DNA of 64,000 nucleotides. Source: a virus (Duplodnaviria > Heunggongvirae > Uroviricota > Caudoviricetes). The notes beneath the pieces were generated by a model. It saw only the letters and a list, made by a program, of their open reading frames with translations. It had not been told where the DNA came from and did not search any database. Shown here piece after piece: positions 37,441 to 45,456 of this stretch (positions are counted from its first letter, which is position 1; every line of letters begins with the position of its first letter). Where the stretch lies: IMG/VR virus record IMGVR_UViG_3300043399_001190; one strand, written 5' to 3'. Made by a program: the position numbers and the translations under genes.

Positions 37441-37579
37441 AAGTGAAATCAAAGAAATTGAAGACCGTCTGTATAGTATGTCTTGGGAAGAGTTGCAGGA
37501 AACACTGATGCATGTTGAAATGCTCGCTGCAATGAAGGCTAATAAGATTGTTTTCTCTGAATTTGATAAGGTGCAGTAA
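37430..37579 (+). CDS. small acidic protein (49 aa), below ORF-track cutoff
   Basis: ATG 37430 after AAGGAAAA; stop overlaps next gene ATG (TAATG). Confidence 0.3.
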   Translation: MLTESEIKEIEDRLYSMSWEELQETLMHVEMLAAMKANKIVFSEFDKVQ

Positions 37580-37962
37580 TGATTGACGACAGAAGTGATA
37601 AATTTTGGCACTCTTTTCATCTTTTTGAAGAAATTCTTGATGATACACAAATTGATTGTTTAGTTTATGAACTTATTAAGTTCAGACCCAACTTGGCCAA
37701 CGATCTTTATTTTGAATTAGATAAAAATTTAGTAAAAAAGACGCCTTGGCACGAAGAATTGACTAAAGTTGTGCATGAATGGGTCAATCCAACACAAAAA
37801 ACTTACGGTCCAATTACAATTGAAGATGCCAATGACGGGTCTGGCGACGGAATTCTCACTTTTCCGCCGGAATTTCTTGAGGAAACAGGCTGGAAAGAAG
37901 GAGACACGATTTCCATGGAAGTTTCCGACGACGGAAAACTAATTTTGCGAAAAAAAGACTAA
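37579..37962 (+). CDS. hypothetical protein
   Basis: ORF track. Confidence 0.45.
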   Translation: MIDDRSDKFWHSFHLFEEILDDTQIDCLVYELIKFRPNLANDLYFELDKNLVKKTPWHEELTKVVHEWVNPTQKTYGPITIEDANDGSGDGILTFPPEFLEETGWKEGDTISMEVSDDGKLILRKKD

Positions 37963-37976
37963 TTTTTTCAAAAAAC

Positions 37977-38020
37977 TTGACTTTTTTTGTGATTTTGCTA
38001 AAATACATACACAAAATCAC
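37977..38020 (+). promoter_or_regulatory. promoter TTGACT-16-TAAAAT embedded in 9-bp perfect inverted repeat GTGATTTTG / CAAAATCAC (operator-like)
   Basis: read directly: 37989-37997 vs 38012-38020 flank the -10; 12 nt before RBS AGGAGA of CobT-like gene. Confidence 0.55.
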
Positions 38021-38032
38021 TTAGGAGAAATC

Positions 38033-40255
38033 ATGCTTATCGAAGCCAAATCGAATCTTGCTCGTCTGATGGCTACGGAAAATCTGGTTGTCGAAGAACG
38101 AAACGTACAAACAGCTTATTTTGATCCGAAAAATCGAATTTTGACGGTCCCAATTCTTAACGGCGACCTTTCTTCTGAACTTTATGACCTCCTTCTTGGT
38201 CATGAAGTTGGTCATGCTTTGGAAACTCCACCTGAAGGTTGGCATGATTCTCTAGTCAAGCACAAAGTAAATAAAAGCATTCTGAATGTGTGTGAGGATG
38301 CACGTATTGAGAAAAAAATTAAACGCCGTTTTCCTGGTTTGAAACCGTCTTTTGCCAAGGGTTACCGAGAACTCTTGGAGATGGACTTCTTTGGCATTAA
38401 AGGTGTTGATGTAAATACACTCAATTTTATTGACCGAGTGAATCTGCACACAAAAGGCGGCGCATATCATGTTATTTCATTTTCCGACGAAGAAAAAGAA
38501 TTGCTGCGGGAAATTGAAAACACCGAATCCTTCGAAGAGGTTGTTGAAGTTGCATTGAAAGTGCAACAATATATGAAAGACCTGAAAGATATGGAACAAA
38601 AAGAAAAACAAGATAGCAAAAAAGGTCAAAAATCCGATTCAGCCGAAGAAGGTGAAGAGGAAGAATCTGAATCCTCAGATAAATCTTCCACCGGAAGTGG
38701 AGAAGATGACTCAGAAAATAAGATTAAACCGGATGAACTGGACGATGACTCATTGGAAATGAAAGAAGTCAACAAAGATGGATCTTCCGAGATTGATGAA
38801 AAGGGTAAAGGAAACAAAACCAAGAAATCGATGGAAGGTGGTGATGGTCCAGAATCCGACATTTCTTCGGTGACCGATCAAAAGTTCCGCGAAAAAGAAA
38901 AATCCCTTTACAACAACACAAATAAATCCGATATCATCTATTCTAACATTCCCGAGTATGATTCGGAAAAATGCATCTTTTCATATAAAGAGATTTTGCA
39001 AATTGTCGAGGAAGAAAACAAAAACTTTGTGGACAACTATACCAGGGAAAAATGTTATCGTCCCGAAGAAATGATGCAAAGTTTTGTGAAGTATAAAAAC
39101 CAATCGAATAAAGTGGTTTCGTACCTCGTCAAAGAATTTGAAATGCGTAAAAACGCAGAAAAACAAAACCGTGCTAGGACTTCCAAGACCGGTGAATTGA
39201 ACATGGATAAAATCTATGAATACAAATTAACCGATGACATTTTCAAACGTATGACTAATGTGCCCAATGGTAAATCTCATGGGCTTGTCATGTTCGTTGA
39301 CTGGTCCGGTTCTATGGACGAACACCTTGGTCCGACCGTTAAACAGCTTTTTAACTTGGTCATGTTTTGCAAGAAGGTTAACATTCCGTATGAGGTATAT
39401 GCTTTCACCTCAAATGGTATGGAAAATGTTCCACAAAGCAAACGAGTGCGTCAAAAACAAAAAGTTGGTGACCTTCAAGTGAATTTTCAATTCAATTTGC
39501 TGAATATTCTTTCCAGTAAAATGACGAATAAGGAATTCATGAAAATGGCTTCCATTCTATATTACATTGGTTGTGAAAAGCCGAGGTATGGTGGAATCAT
39601 GATTGTTCCCGAAATTCTTCGTTTGAGTGGTACTCCTCTGAATTCTGCAATTGTTGCAGCATTTGATATTGTTCCGAAGTTCAAAAAGAATAACAGACTT
39701 CAAATTGTGAATACTCTGTTTCTAACCGACGGTGAAAGCTCCATGCTTGAGGGTCGAATTAGTTTCCAAGAACGTGAAAGCAAACGTTTTGTTGTGTTGA
39801 ATGAGAATGTTCCGACGACCAGACGCCGTTGTTTCTACCGTGATCCGGTAACAAAAGCAACCGTAGAGGTTACATATCGTAATTATTCTATTTCTGGTGC
39901 AGAAACGGAAACTTTGCTGAAACTGCTGAAACAGCGTGTAGACTCCAATCTAATTGGTTTCTATGTGGCCCGTCGAAGAGACATTAACAATGCAATTAGT
40001 ATGTTTTGTTCCGATGAAAAAGAAGCTAATAAGCTTAAGCTTGAATTTCAGAAAAATGACAATACTGTCATCACAACATATGGATATGATGAATATTATA
40101 TGTTGCGTTCTGAGAGTCTGAACACCGAAGATGATGAAGATTTTGAGGTGAACAGTACAACGACACGGGGGCTTGTTAGTGCTTTTTCTAAATACACGGG
40201 TGGTAAAACATCGTCCCGTGTCATTTTGAACCGGTTCATCAAACTTATTGCATAA
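38033..40255 (+). CDS. CobT-like protein: N-terminal HExxH-containing region, acidic central stretch, C-terminal von Willebrand A domain
   Basis: LLGHEVGHALE; DSAEEGEEEESESSDKSS...; vWA MIDAS-like DWSGSM; architecture like aerobic cobaltochelatase CobT subunit homologues of marine T4-like phages. Confidence 0.6.
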   Translation: MLIEAKSNLARLMATENLVVEERNVQTAYFDPKNRILTVPILNGDLSSELYDLLLGHEVGHALETPPEGWHDSLVKHKVNKSILNVCEDARIEKKIKRRFPGLKPSFAKGYRELLEMDFFGIKGVDVNTLNFIDRVNLHTKGGAYHVISFSDEEKELLREIENTESFEEVVEVALKVQQYMKDLKDMEQKEKQDSKKGQKSDSAEEGEEEESESSDKSSTGSGEDDSENKIKPDELDDDSLEMKEVNKDGSSEIDEKGKGNKTKKSMEGGDGPESDISSVTDQKFREKEKSLYNNTNKSDIIYSNIPEYDSEKCIFSYKEILQIVEEENKNFVDNYTREKCYRPEEMMQSFVKYKNQSNKVVSYLVKEFEMRKNAEKQNRARTSKTGELNMDKIYEYKLTDDIFKRMTNVPNGKSHGLVMFVDWSGSMDEHLGPTVKQLFNLVMFCKKVNIPYEVYAFTSNGMENVPQSKRVRQKQKVGDLQVNFQFNLLNILSSKMTNKEFMKMASILYYIGCEKPRYGGIMIVPEILRLSGTPLNSAIVAAFDIVPKFKKNNRLQIVNTLFLTDGESSMLEGRISFQERESKRFVVLNENVPTTRRRCFYRDPVTKATVEVTYRNYSISGAETETLLKLLKQRVDSNLIGFYVARRRDINNAISMFCSDEKEANKLKLEFQKNDNTVITTYGYDEYYMLRSESLNTEDDEDFEVNSTTTRGLVSAFSKYTGGKTSSRVILNRFIKLIA

Positions 40256-40261
40256 TATGGA

Positions 40262-40657
40262 ATGACGACAAAGAAAAAGCAGTTTAAGGCTCACCTTATC
40301 AAGTATCGAACAAAAGATAATTCAAAGTTCCTGTGGTTCTGGGTCAACCCAGAATCCGGGTCCACTTTGTCTCCGTTTTTTCAAACACAGGAATTAGCCG
40401 AGGCTTGGTTCGATGAGATTCTTATGGTGCATAACGAAACATACAATTTAATTGATAGGGTCAAGAACGGTAAGTTTTATATGATTCGTGCAAGGGTCGA
40501 TGTGGAAGAAATGTTAACAACACCTAAAACGTTTGAGTGCCCGTTTACAATTCATCTAGAAGATGATATAATTGATGTAGAAGTTCTCGGAGTCTCTTTA
40601 GAGGACGCCAAATCGAGAGTCGAAGAATATTTTGATATTATAGAATGGATTGAATAA
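40262..40657 (+). CDS. hypothetical protein
   Basis: ORF track. Confidence 0.45.
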   Translation: MTTKKKQFKAHLIKYRTKDNSKFLWFWVNPESGSTLSPFFQTQELAEAWFDEILMVHNETYNLIDRVKNGKFYMIRARVDVEEMLTTPKTFECPFTIHLEDDIIDVEVLGVSLEDAKSRVEEYFDIIEWIE

Positions 40658-40953
40658 TGTTTGATGATATTGAATTTGAAATTAAGGAATACCCCATACA
40701 GGGTAAGATGGTCATTGGAACATATACATTATCCATGGCTGAGGCAATAAAACTTAACAACCAAATGACGGGCATGGTTGTCAAAGAAAACCTAACCCAA
40801 AAGATGGTTAATTTTATTTTGGAAAACAAGCTGGCCGAATTCACGATGCAAGAAAGCCCCGTGGATATAACCAAAACATATCGAATCCGTTGTTTCCTCA
40901 CACCAGACGATCAGGTGCGAGTGATACGTAAACTACATGATGTAAATGTATGA
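40657..40953 (+). CDS. hypothetical protein
   Basis: ORF track; ATGA overlap. Confidence 0.45.
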   Translation: MFDDIEFEIKEYPIQGKMVIGTYTLSMAEAIKLNNQMTGMVVKENLTQKMVNFILENKLAEFTMQESPVDITKTYRIRCFLTPDDQVRVIRKLHDVNV

Positions 40954-41079
40954 CTGAGGAAGAATCCAGTGAGGTCCTAGCGCGCCTCCTGCAAAAGTAT
41001 GGTGAAGACTTACCGGACCCAGAACACTATCCACAGATTTTTAGTTATTTGGTAAAACTATACCTCCGTGAATTGAGAC

Positions 41080-41661
41080 TTGAAAATGCAAACCCAATTT
41101 GACCCCTCCGCCGTATCATTTACAGTTGCTGGTAAAGCAATCAAACACCTAGCAAAACTACACCTAAACGAAAAGCTCAAGAACGTTCCATACAAACTCC
41201 GAGAATTCACAATAGCCAATTGTGTTCTTTCCGGTGGTTGTTTTGCGTCCCTTTTCCACAACGAAAAGGTCAACGACTTTGACCTCTACCTCAAAAACAT
41301 TTCCATGATAGTGGAATTAAACAACCTCCTTAAAGAATACAAAGGTTTGAATAAAGAATTGGTAGAAGAAGCTTATGCTGATGTTTTCGTAGACGGTAAA
41401 CTCACAACCATAAAAGCAGTCACCTTAGACAATAGACTACAGTATATCACTATGGTGGACTTCCAAACCGCAAAGCAAAACATGGATTATGTCCATTGTA
41501 CGGTGAGCTATGATCCGTCTAAGGATACTCTATGGCTCTCAGAACTCCAATTTGATTGCATTCAAAACAAAAAATTGGTTGCTAATAACCTAACATCAAT
41601 CACTGCTAAAAGGGGAGAAAAATTCCGTAGTAGGGGTTGGGTTTCATCATTTAGACCATGA
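41080..41661 (+). CDS. putative minimal nucleotidyltransferase (Pol-beta superfamily fold)
   Basis: VLSGGCFASLFHNEKVNDFDLYL fits hG[GS]-x(9-13)-DhDh; motif-only. Confidence 0.4.
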   Translation: MKMQTQFDPSAVSFTVAGKAIKHLAKLHLNEKLKNVPYKLREFTIANCVLSGGCFASLFHNEKVNDFDLYLKNISMIVELNNLLKEYKGLNKELVEEAYADVFVDGKLTTIKAVTLDNRLQYITMVDFQTAKQNMDYVHCTVSYDPSKDTLWLSELQFDCIQNKKLVANNLTSITAKRGEKFRSRGWVSSFRP

Positions 41662-42080
41662 AAACGATTATTGCGGGTTCCAGAGACTTCAATGATTTCG
41701 ATTACATGAAAGCATACCTTGCTACGATACCACCATGGATAGAAATCACTGAGGTCGTTTCCGGATGCGCCCAAGGTGCAGATACGCTAGGAGAGAAATG
41801 GGCAGAACTCAAAAGAATTCCAGTAAAACGCTTTCCAGCAGAATGGGAAAGACTAGGTAAGAGAGCAGGTCCAATAAGAAACGCAGAGATGGGAATCTAT
41901 GCAGAAGGGCTCATTGCTTTTTGGGACGGTAAATCCAGAGGTACACAACACATGATACTGTTCATGCAGCAGAATAATAAGTGGACCTATGTGGTACGTA
42001 CAGATATACCCTGGTGTGGTAAGTATGAAAACCGAAGCCCCGTGTTAAACAATGTAGAGTATACACAAGAGAGATTATGA
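41658..42080 (+). CDS. DUF2493 / SLOG-family (YspA-related) protein
   Basis: GSRDF..EVVSGCAQGADTLGEKWA..IPVKRFPAEWE..GKRAGPIRNAEM matches DUF2493 consensus recalled from memory. Confidence 0.65.
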   Translation: MKTIIAGSRDFNDFDYMKAYLATIPPWIEITEVVSGCAQGADTLGEKWAELKRIPVKRFPAEWERLGKRAGPIRNAEMGIYAEGLIAFWDGKSRGTQHMILFMQQNNKWTYVVRTDIPWCGKYENRSPVLNNVEYTQERL

Positions 42081-42265
42081 ACTACGTAGAATCATTCTTA
42101 ACCATATCAATATACCAACTGAACCTATTCTCATTTATGTTAGGTATGGTATATACCCTATGTAATGTGCGCTGGGGTAACCAGTCAAAACTCTGGATGC
42201 ATGTAGTGATTTACACTATGTTCGTAGCATTGTATTATTTTGCGAAGAGTAATGGTTACGTATAA
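42077..42265 (+). CDS. small hydrophobic protein
   Basis: ORF track; last plus-strand gene before GC-rich cassette. Confidence 0.4.
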   Translation: MNYVESFLTISIYQLNLFSFMLGMVYTLCNVRWGNQSKLWMHVVIYTMFVALYYFAKSNGYV

Positions 42266-42440
42266 ATTTCGAAACTCCTCTGGAACCTCCTGGAAAAAAT
42301 TTTGAGGATGTGCTAGATAGAAAACTCGAAAATGTGCTGGGGCCTCCAGAAAATAAATTTTAGAAAAAAAGAGTTTGGGCCATAGGCGAAAATTACTTAC
42401 ATAGCGTTATTTTTAGCACACTGCTGCCATATTTTTAGAG

Positions 42441-42464
42441 CCAAAAAAGGGCGCCGAAGCGCCC
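42441..42464 (-). terminator. rho-independent terminator for the minus-strand cassette (GGGCGC-TTCG-GCGCCC + TTTTTTGG on minus strand)
   Basis: plus strand ccaaaaaagggcgccgaagcgccc; U-tract only on minus strand. Confidence 0.75.
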
Positions 42465-42486
42465 CTAAATCACTGCCAGCCCCAAC

Positions 42487-42585
42487 TTAAACCACTGCCC
42501 TCCACACCATCAGGTCCAGAGCAAGCACAACAGCCGCAGCCATACCAACCACCACGAAACCGATCATTTCTGCTTTAGTATACAT
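42487..42585 (-). CDS. 32-aa hydrophobic peptide MYTKAEMIGFVVVGMAAAVVLALDLMVWRAVV
   Basis: AAGGAG RBS 6 nt upstream on minus strand; single TM; last gene before terminator. Confidence 0.45.
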   Translation of the reverse strand: MYTKAEMIGFVVVGMAAAVVLALDLMVWRAVV

Positions 42586-42596
42586 TTGTTTACTCC

Positions 42597-42818
42597 TTAG
42601 GCGATTTCTTTACGAATTTGGGACTCTTGCAATTCAGCCTGACGCTTGGCTGCGGTGCTGAGGTCTTCAGCGAGGAAAACGAGGTCATCAAAGGCCTCGC
42701 GGGCAATCTGGCGGTCGTGGGCGTGTTCAGACTTTTCCAGATCACGGGTGGCATGGAACTTGACCAGAGCCTCGGCGTAACGGATAGCGGCTTGCTCAAC
42801 GGTGTGGTTCAGAATCAT
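42597..42818 (-). CDS. small helical protein (73 aa)
   Basis: ORF track; AAGGAG RBS; promoter copy A upstream. Confidence 0.55.
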   Translation of the reverse strand: MILNHTVEQAAIRYAEALVKFHATRDLEKSEHAHDRQIAREAFDDLVFLAEDLSTAAKRQAELQESQIRKEIA

Positions 42819-42845
42819 TTGGTGCTCCTTTGTTTCAGTGGTTGG

Positions 42846-42873
42846 ATTATGGCGGATCTGGTAGGAATGGCAA
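42846..42873 (-). promoter_or_regulatory. cassette promoter copy A (TTGCCA-16-CATAAT, minus strand)
   Basis: revcomp of tggattatggcggatctggtaggaatggcaa. Confidence 0.6.
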
Positions 42874-42909
42874 CTGTATACTTTAGTATTCCACCGGAGT
42901 GGTCAACCA

Positions 42910-43091
42910 TTACTTTTCAATACGGACGCACATGGGTTTTTTAGTGGTCATTGCCGGGCGGGCATCATCCACGGCCTTGTAGAGGGCTACGGCAGCCACC
43001 TCACACTTTTCCTTGGAGGAAAACTCCGGTCCCACGCTCCAAGTGCTGGCGTGACCAAGAACAACCAAAACCCAAACAATCGTGTTCATTT
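42910..43091 (-). CDS. 59-aa protein with signal-peptide-like N-terminus (MNTIVWVLVVLGHASTWS)
   Basis: not in ORF track (below cutoff); RBS AAGGAAACGAAATG; promoter copy B upstream. Confidence 0.45.
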
Positions 43092-43118
43092 CGTTTCCTT
43101 ATCTACTATGGAATGGAT

Positions 43119-43146
43119 TATGACAGGATCCGTGGATTTGGCAACC
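43119..43146 (-). promoter_or_regulatory. cassette promoter copy B (TTGCCA-16-TCATAAT) followed by 10-bp inverted repeat CCACTCCGGT/ACCGGAGTGG
   Basis: read directly. Confidence 0.65.
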
Positions 43147-43175
43147 ACTCCGGTATTGTTGACCGGAGTGGTGGA

Positions 43176-43382
43176 TTACTTGCCATCCTCCCATGTGCCT
43201 GTAGTATAATCCACGGCTTCCGCCACCACCTCACCATCCGGACCAAACTTGGTGTAAGAATAAAAGTTTACACCAACCACCTGAGTGTAATAACCTTTGG
43301 TTTCTTCCACCACTGACATTTCCACATCATATTCCCGGAGAAGGGCATGGAGCTTTTGTTTGAATTCTTCGGTTCTGGTCAT
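43176..43382 (-). CDS. hypothetical protein (68 aa)
   Basis: ORF track; AAGGAG RBS. Confidence 0.55.
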   Translation of the reverse strand: MTRTEEFKQKLHALLREYDVEMSVVEETKGYYTQVVGVNFYSYTKFGPDGEVVAEAVDYTTGTWEDGK

Positions 43383-43409
43383 CGTGTGCTCCTTCGAATC
43401 AATGGTTGG

Positions 43410-43437
43410 ATTATGACAGAATCCGTGGATTTGGCAA
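43410..43437 (-). promoter_or_regulatory. cassette promoter copy C
   Basis: ttggattatgacagaatccgtggatttggcaacca. Confidence 0.65.
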
Positions 43438-43445
43438 CCAGTGGG

Positions 43446-43805
43446 TTACAGAAGAACCTCTAGGTCCGAGTGGTCCAGGCGGTCCTCAGCCTCAAAGGTC
43501 TCCGGTTCAAACTCCATGAGCTTGGGAGCCTTGGGTTCAGCCTTAGGCTTCGCCGCCTTCACCACCTTGGCTGGCTTGACCTCCTTACGGAGCACCACGG
43601 TATGCGGCACCGGTTCTTGAACCACCTTCACACTCTCCAGCACCTGGCCAGGCTGGCCATACTTTTTATGGAAGAATGCATCCACCTTCTGCCAGGTCTT
43701 ACGGAAGGCCTCAGCCTTACCACCATACCAGCCTTCGAAACCATTCCGATCCTTGCGGAAAACAATGGTAAAATCGGGATAACGGACTTGGGCTTTACGT
43801 GCCAT
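43446..43805 (-). CDS. hypothetical protein (119 aa), basic Lys/Pro/Ala-rich middle
   Basis: ORF track; AAGGAA RBS. Confidence 0.55.
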   Translation of the reverse strand: MARKAQVRYPDFTIVFRKDRNGFEGWYGGKAEAFRKTWQKVDAFFHKKYGQPGQVLESVKVVQEPVPHTVVLRKEVKPAKVVKAAKPKAEPKAPKLMEFEPETFEAEDRLDHSDLEVLL

Positions 43806-43834
43806 TTTTGTTCCTTTAGTGTATAATTAAGAGT

Positions 43835-43921
43835 TTAACGGAGAGCCATGGCTAGAGCCAAACCCATGGCAATGCCGGACAGGTAGGTTGTAATGAAAAT
43901 GAGATTTTGAATTTTTTCCAT
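43835..43921 (-). CDS. 28-aa hydrophobic peptide MEKIQNLIFITTYLSGIAMGLALAMALR
   Basis: AAAGGAAACCAAATG RBS; promoter copy D upstream; embedded in spurious track ORF 43835..44230. Confidence 0.4.
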   Translation of the reverse strand: MEKIQNLIFITTYLSGIAMGLALAMALR

Positions 43922-43952
43922 TTGGTTTCCTTTCTGATTTACTATGGAATGG

Positions 43953-43980
43953 ATTCTACAGGTTCTGGAAGGTTTGGCAA
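43953..43980 (-). promoter_or_regulatory. cassette promoter copy D (TTGCCA-16-TAGAAT variant)
   Basis: ggattctacaggttctggaaggtttggcaa. Confidence 0.55.
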
Positions 43981-44012
43981 CCACGGTTGGAATAGTTGAC
44001 CAATCCGGTGGA

Positions 44013-44660
44013 TTATGCGGCCACTGCCAAGCGGATGACCTTCGCCATTTTCCGACCGTGGGCGGGGTAGCCGACCACTGCCACGGACTTATCGTAGCAG
44101 GCGCGGCAGCCGTTACACTTTCCACCATGATTGTAAGCACCGCAAACCGTAACGCCAGCGGGGACCGTATCGGCATCCGGCAGGATGGTGGAGCCATGCA
44201 CACCAGCGGTGAAGGTACCATCCACGGCATCGGAAGAAAACCGAACCATTACATTGTCCAGCCTTTGCATGGCGGCGATGATGGGCTGGAATTTAGGGAA
44301 TTTTGCCATGCGGGTCGGCAACCAATGCTTAACGTGAGGAGTGCCAGCCATAACCTGGTAGATTTTCTCAGCCAGCCCCAGGCTGTACATATCGCCGGAA
44401 TCAAACCAGCGGAAATACTTGGCTTTTTTGAGGGCTTGGATCATATCAGCCACCCAGCCATCCCGCTGCCAGTCTTCCTTATTGAAGGCGCGGGGAGCCT
44501 TGACCGTGGAGAATGCATACATTCCCGTGGTGGCGTAGCATCCAGAGCAGGCGGAGACCAGTTTACCATCGGAACCAACCGAACCAGGGCATGTCTCCAA
44601 GGCTTCCAGGGACCAGGATTGGATGCCGTCAAGCTTAGAGGTTTTGGAGAGCTTTACCAT
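44013..44660 (-). CDS. Cys-motif protein (CPGS..CSGCYA), possibly phage Gp37/Gp68 (DUF5131)-like
   Basis: track ORF 44013..44723 trimmed to MVKLSK start after promoter copy E and AAGGACA RBS; family call tentative. Confidence 0.45.
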   Translation of the reverse strand: MVKLSKTSKLDGIQSWSLEALETCPGSVGSDGKLVSACSGCYATTGMYAFSTVKAPRAFNKEDWQRDGWVADMIQALKKAKYFRWFDSGDMYSLGLAEKIYQVMAGTPHVKHWLPTRMAKFPKFQPIIAAMQRLDNVMVRFSSDAVDGTFTAGVHGSTILPDADTVPAGVTVCGAYNHGGKCNGCRACYDKSVAVVGYPAHGRKMAKVIRLAVAA

Positions 44661-44691
44661 TTGGTGTCCTTGTTGCGTTACGATGGAATGG

Positions 44692-44719
44692 ATTATGACA
44701 GAACCGGAGGTTTTGGCAA
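44692..44719 (-). promoter_or_regulatory. cassette promoter copy E
   Basis: ggattatgacagaaccggaggttttggcaacca. Confidence 0.65.
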
Positions 44720-44750
44720 CCATCCTAGGATAGTTGACCGGAAAAGGAGG

Positions 44751-44975
44751 TTATTCCTCCTCAGCCTCTTCCTCTTCCTCAAAGTGTTCCAGAAGTTGGT
44801 CCCAATCCACGGCGGAGAGGTTGACCATGTCCTTCAGGGGACCATCCGGCATATCGTCATATTGTTCCTCCAGCATGTAGCGGATGGACTCTACATCCTC
44901 ACGGGATTCCGGATTGCACCAGACATTGACCAACCAGGTTTCGCGGTTGGTCCAGCCATTGTAACCTTGAGACAT
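44751..44975 (-). CDS. small Trp-rich protein with poly-Glu C-terminal tail (EEEEEAEEE)
   Basis: ORF track; RBS AAAGGAAACGAAAATG; promoter copy F upstream. Confidence 0.55.
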   Translation of the reverse strand: MSQGYNGWTNRETWLVNVWCNPESREDVESIRYMLEEQYDDMPDGPLKDMVNLSAVDWDQLLEHFEEEEEAEEE

Positions 44976-45003
44976 TTTCGTTTCCTTTCAAACTATGGAA
45001 TGG

Positions 45004-45031
45004 ATTATGACAGAATCCGTGGAGATGGCAA
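45004..45031 (-). promoter_or_regulatory. cassette promoter copy F
   Basis: ggattatgacagaatccgtggagatggcaaca. Confidence 0.65.
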
Positions 45032-45034
45032 CAA

Positions 45035-45163
45035 TTATTTGGTTCTGATTTTAAGATAGAACCGTCCATTGTGGACGTATCCGCGGAGGAGACCAGGCAG
45101 CCCGTATTCCTTAGCCATGGCTCGCATGGCTTGGTAGTGGTTGGTTTTGTGTTTTTTCATCAT
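45035..45163 (-). CDS. 42-aa very basic peptide MMKKHKTNHYQAMRAMAKEYGLPGLLRGYVHNGRFYLKIRTK (possibly leaderless)
   Basis: track ORF 45035..45217 trimmed because its 5' part is the promoter repeat; ATG 7-10 nt after -10. Confidence 0.3.
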   Translation of the reverse strand: MMKKHKTNHYQAMRAMAKEYGLPGLLRGYVHNGRFYLKIRTK

Positions 45164-45170
45164 GGAATGA

Positions 45171-45198
45171 AGTGTAGCAGAGCCAGAGGATTTGGCAA
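45171..45198 (-). promoter_or_regulatory. cassette promoter copy G (degenerate -10 TACACT)
   Basis: ggaatgaagtgtagcagagccagaggatttggcaacca. Confidence 0.4.
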
Positions 45199-45362
45199 CC
45201 ATCTGGAAATGACCCACCGGATCGGTCGGGTACTGGTTGCCGGGGGTTCGGATTGTGGTATAATAGACTCATTCGAAAGCGGGACTGGGGTGGACACGGA
45301 GGCTGCGCGTCATTCCGCACTGTAATACTTCCGTACTACCGCCGGCGGAAGACGTTTGGACC

Positions 45363-45392
45363 ATTATAACATGCGGAGCAAAGCTTTGGCAA
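45363..45392 (-). promoter_or_regulatory. promoter copy H (TTGCCA-18-TATAAT) with downstream TTGACCGGA flank
   Basis: attataacatgcggagcaaagctttggcaacc. Confidence 0.45.
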
Positions 45393-45456
45393 CCAGTCTC
45401 AAAAATACTTGACCGGAACACTGTAATACTTTTTGAATACTTGCCATTCTCGCTGA

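Noticed and set aside
43944-45059. 371-aa plus-strand ORF across the GC-rich cassette
   Set aside because: It reads straight through four copies of the promoter repeat (peptides ...YDGMDYDRTGGFGNHPRIVD..., ...NYGMDYDRIRGDGNN...). It lacks an RBS and overlaps minus-strand genes that have promoters and Shine-Dalgarno sites. Typical long spurious ORF in GC-rich DNA. The same reasoning applies to 42618..42944, 42951..43316, 43470..43826 and to 43835..44230 / 45111..45320 (minus, overlapping).
45301-45345. Hairpin CTTCCG..CCGCCGGCGG..CGGAAG and recurring CTGTAATACTT motif (45311, 45418, 45742) as ncRNA
   Set aside because: Could not define a coherent structured RNA or flanking promoter/terminator. 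Noted only as repeated motif, possibly remnants of the same promoter modules.
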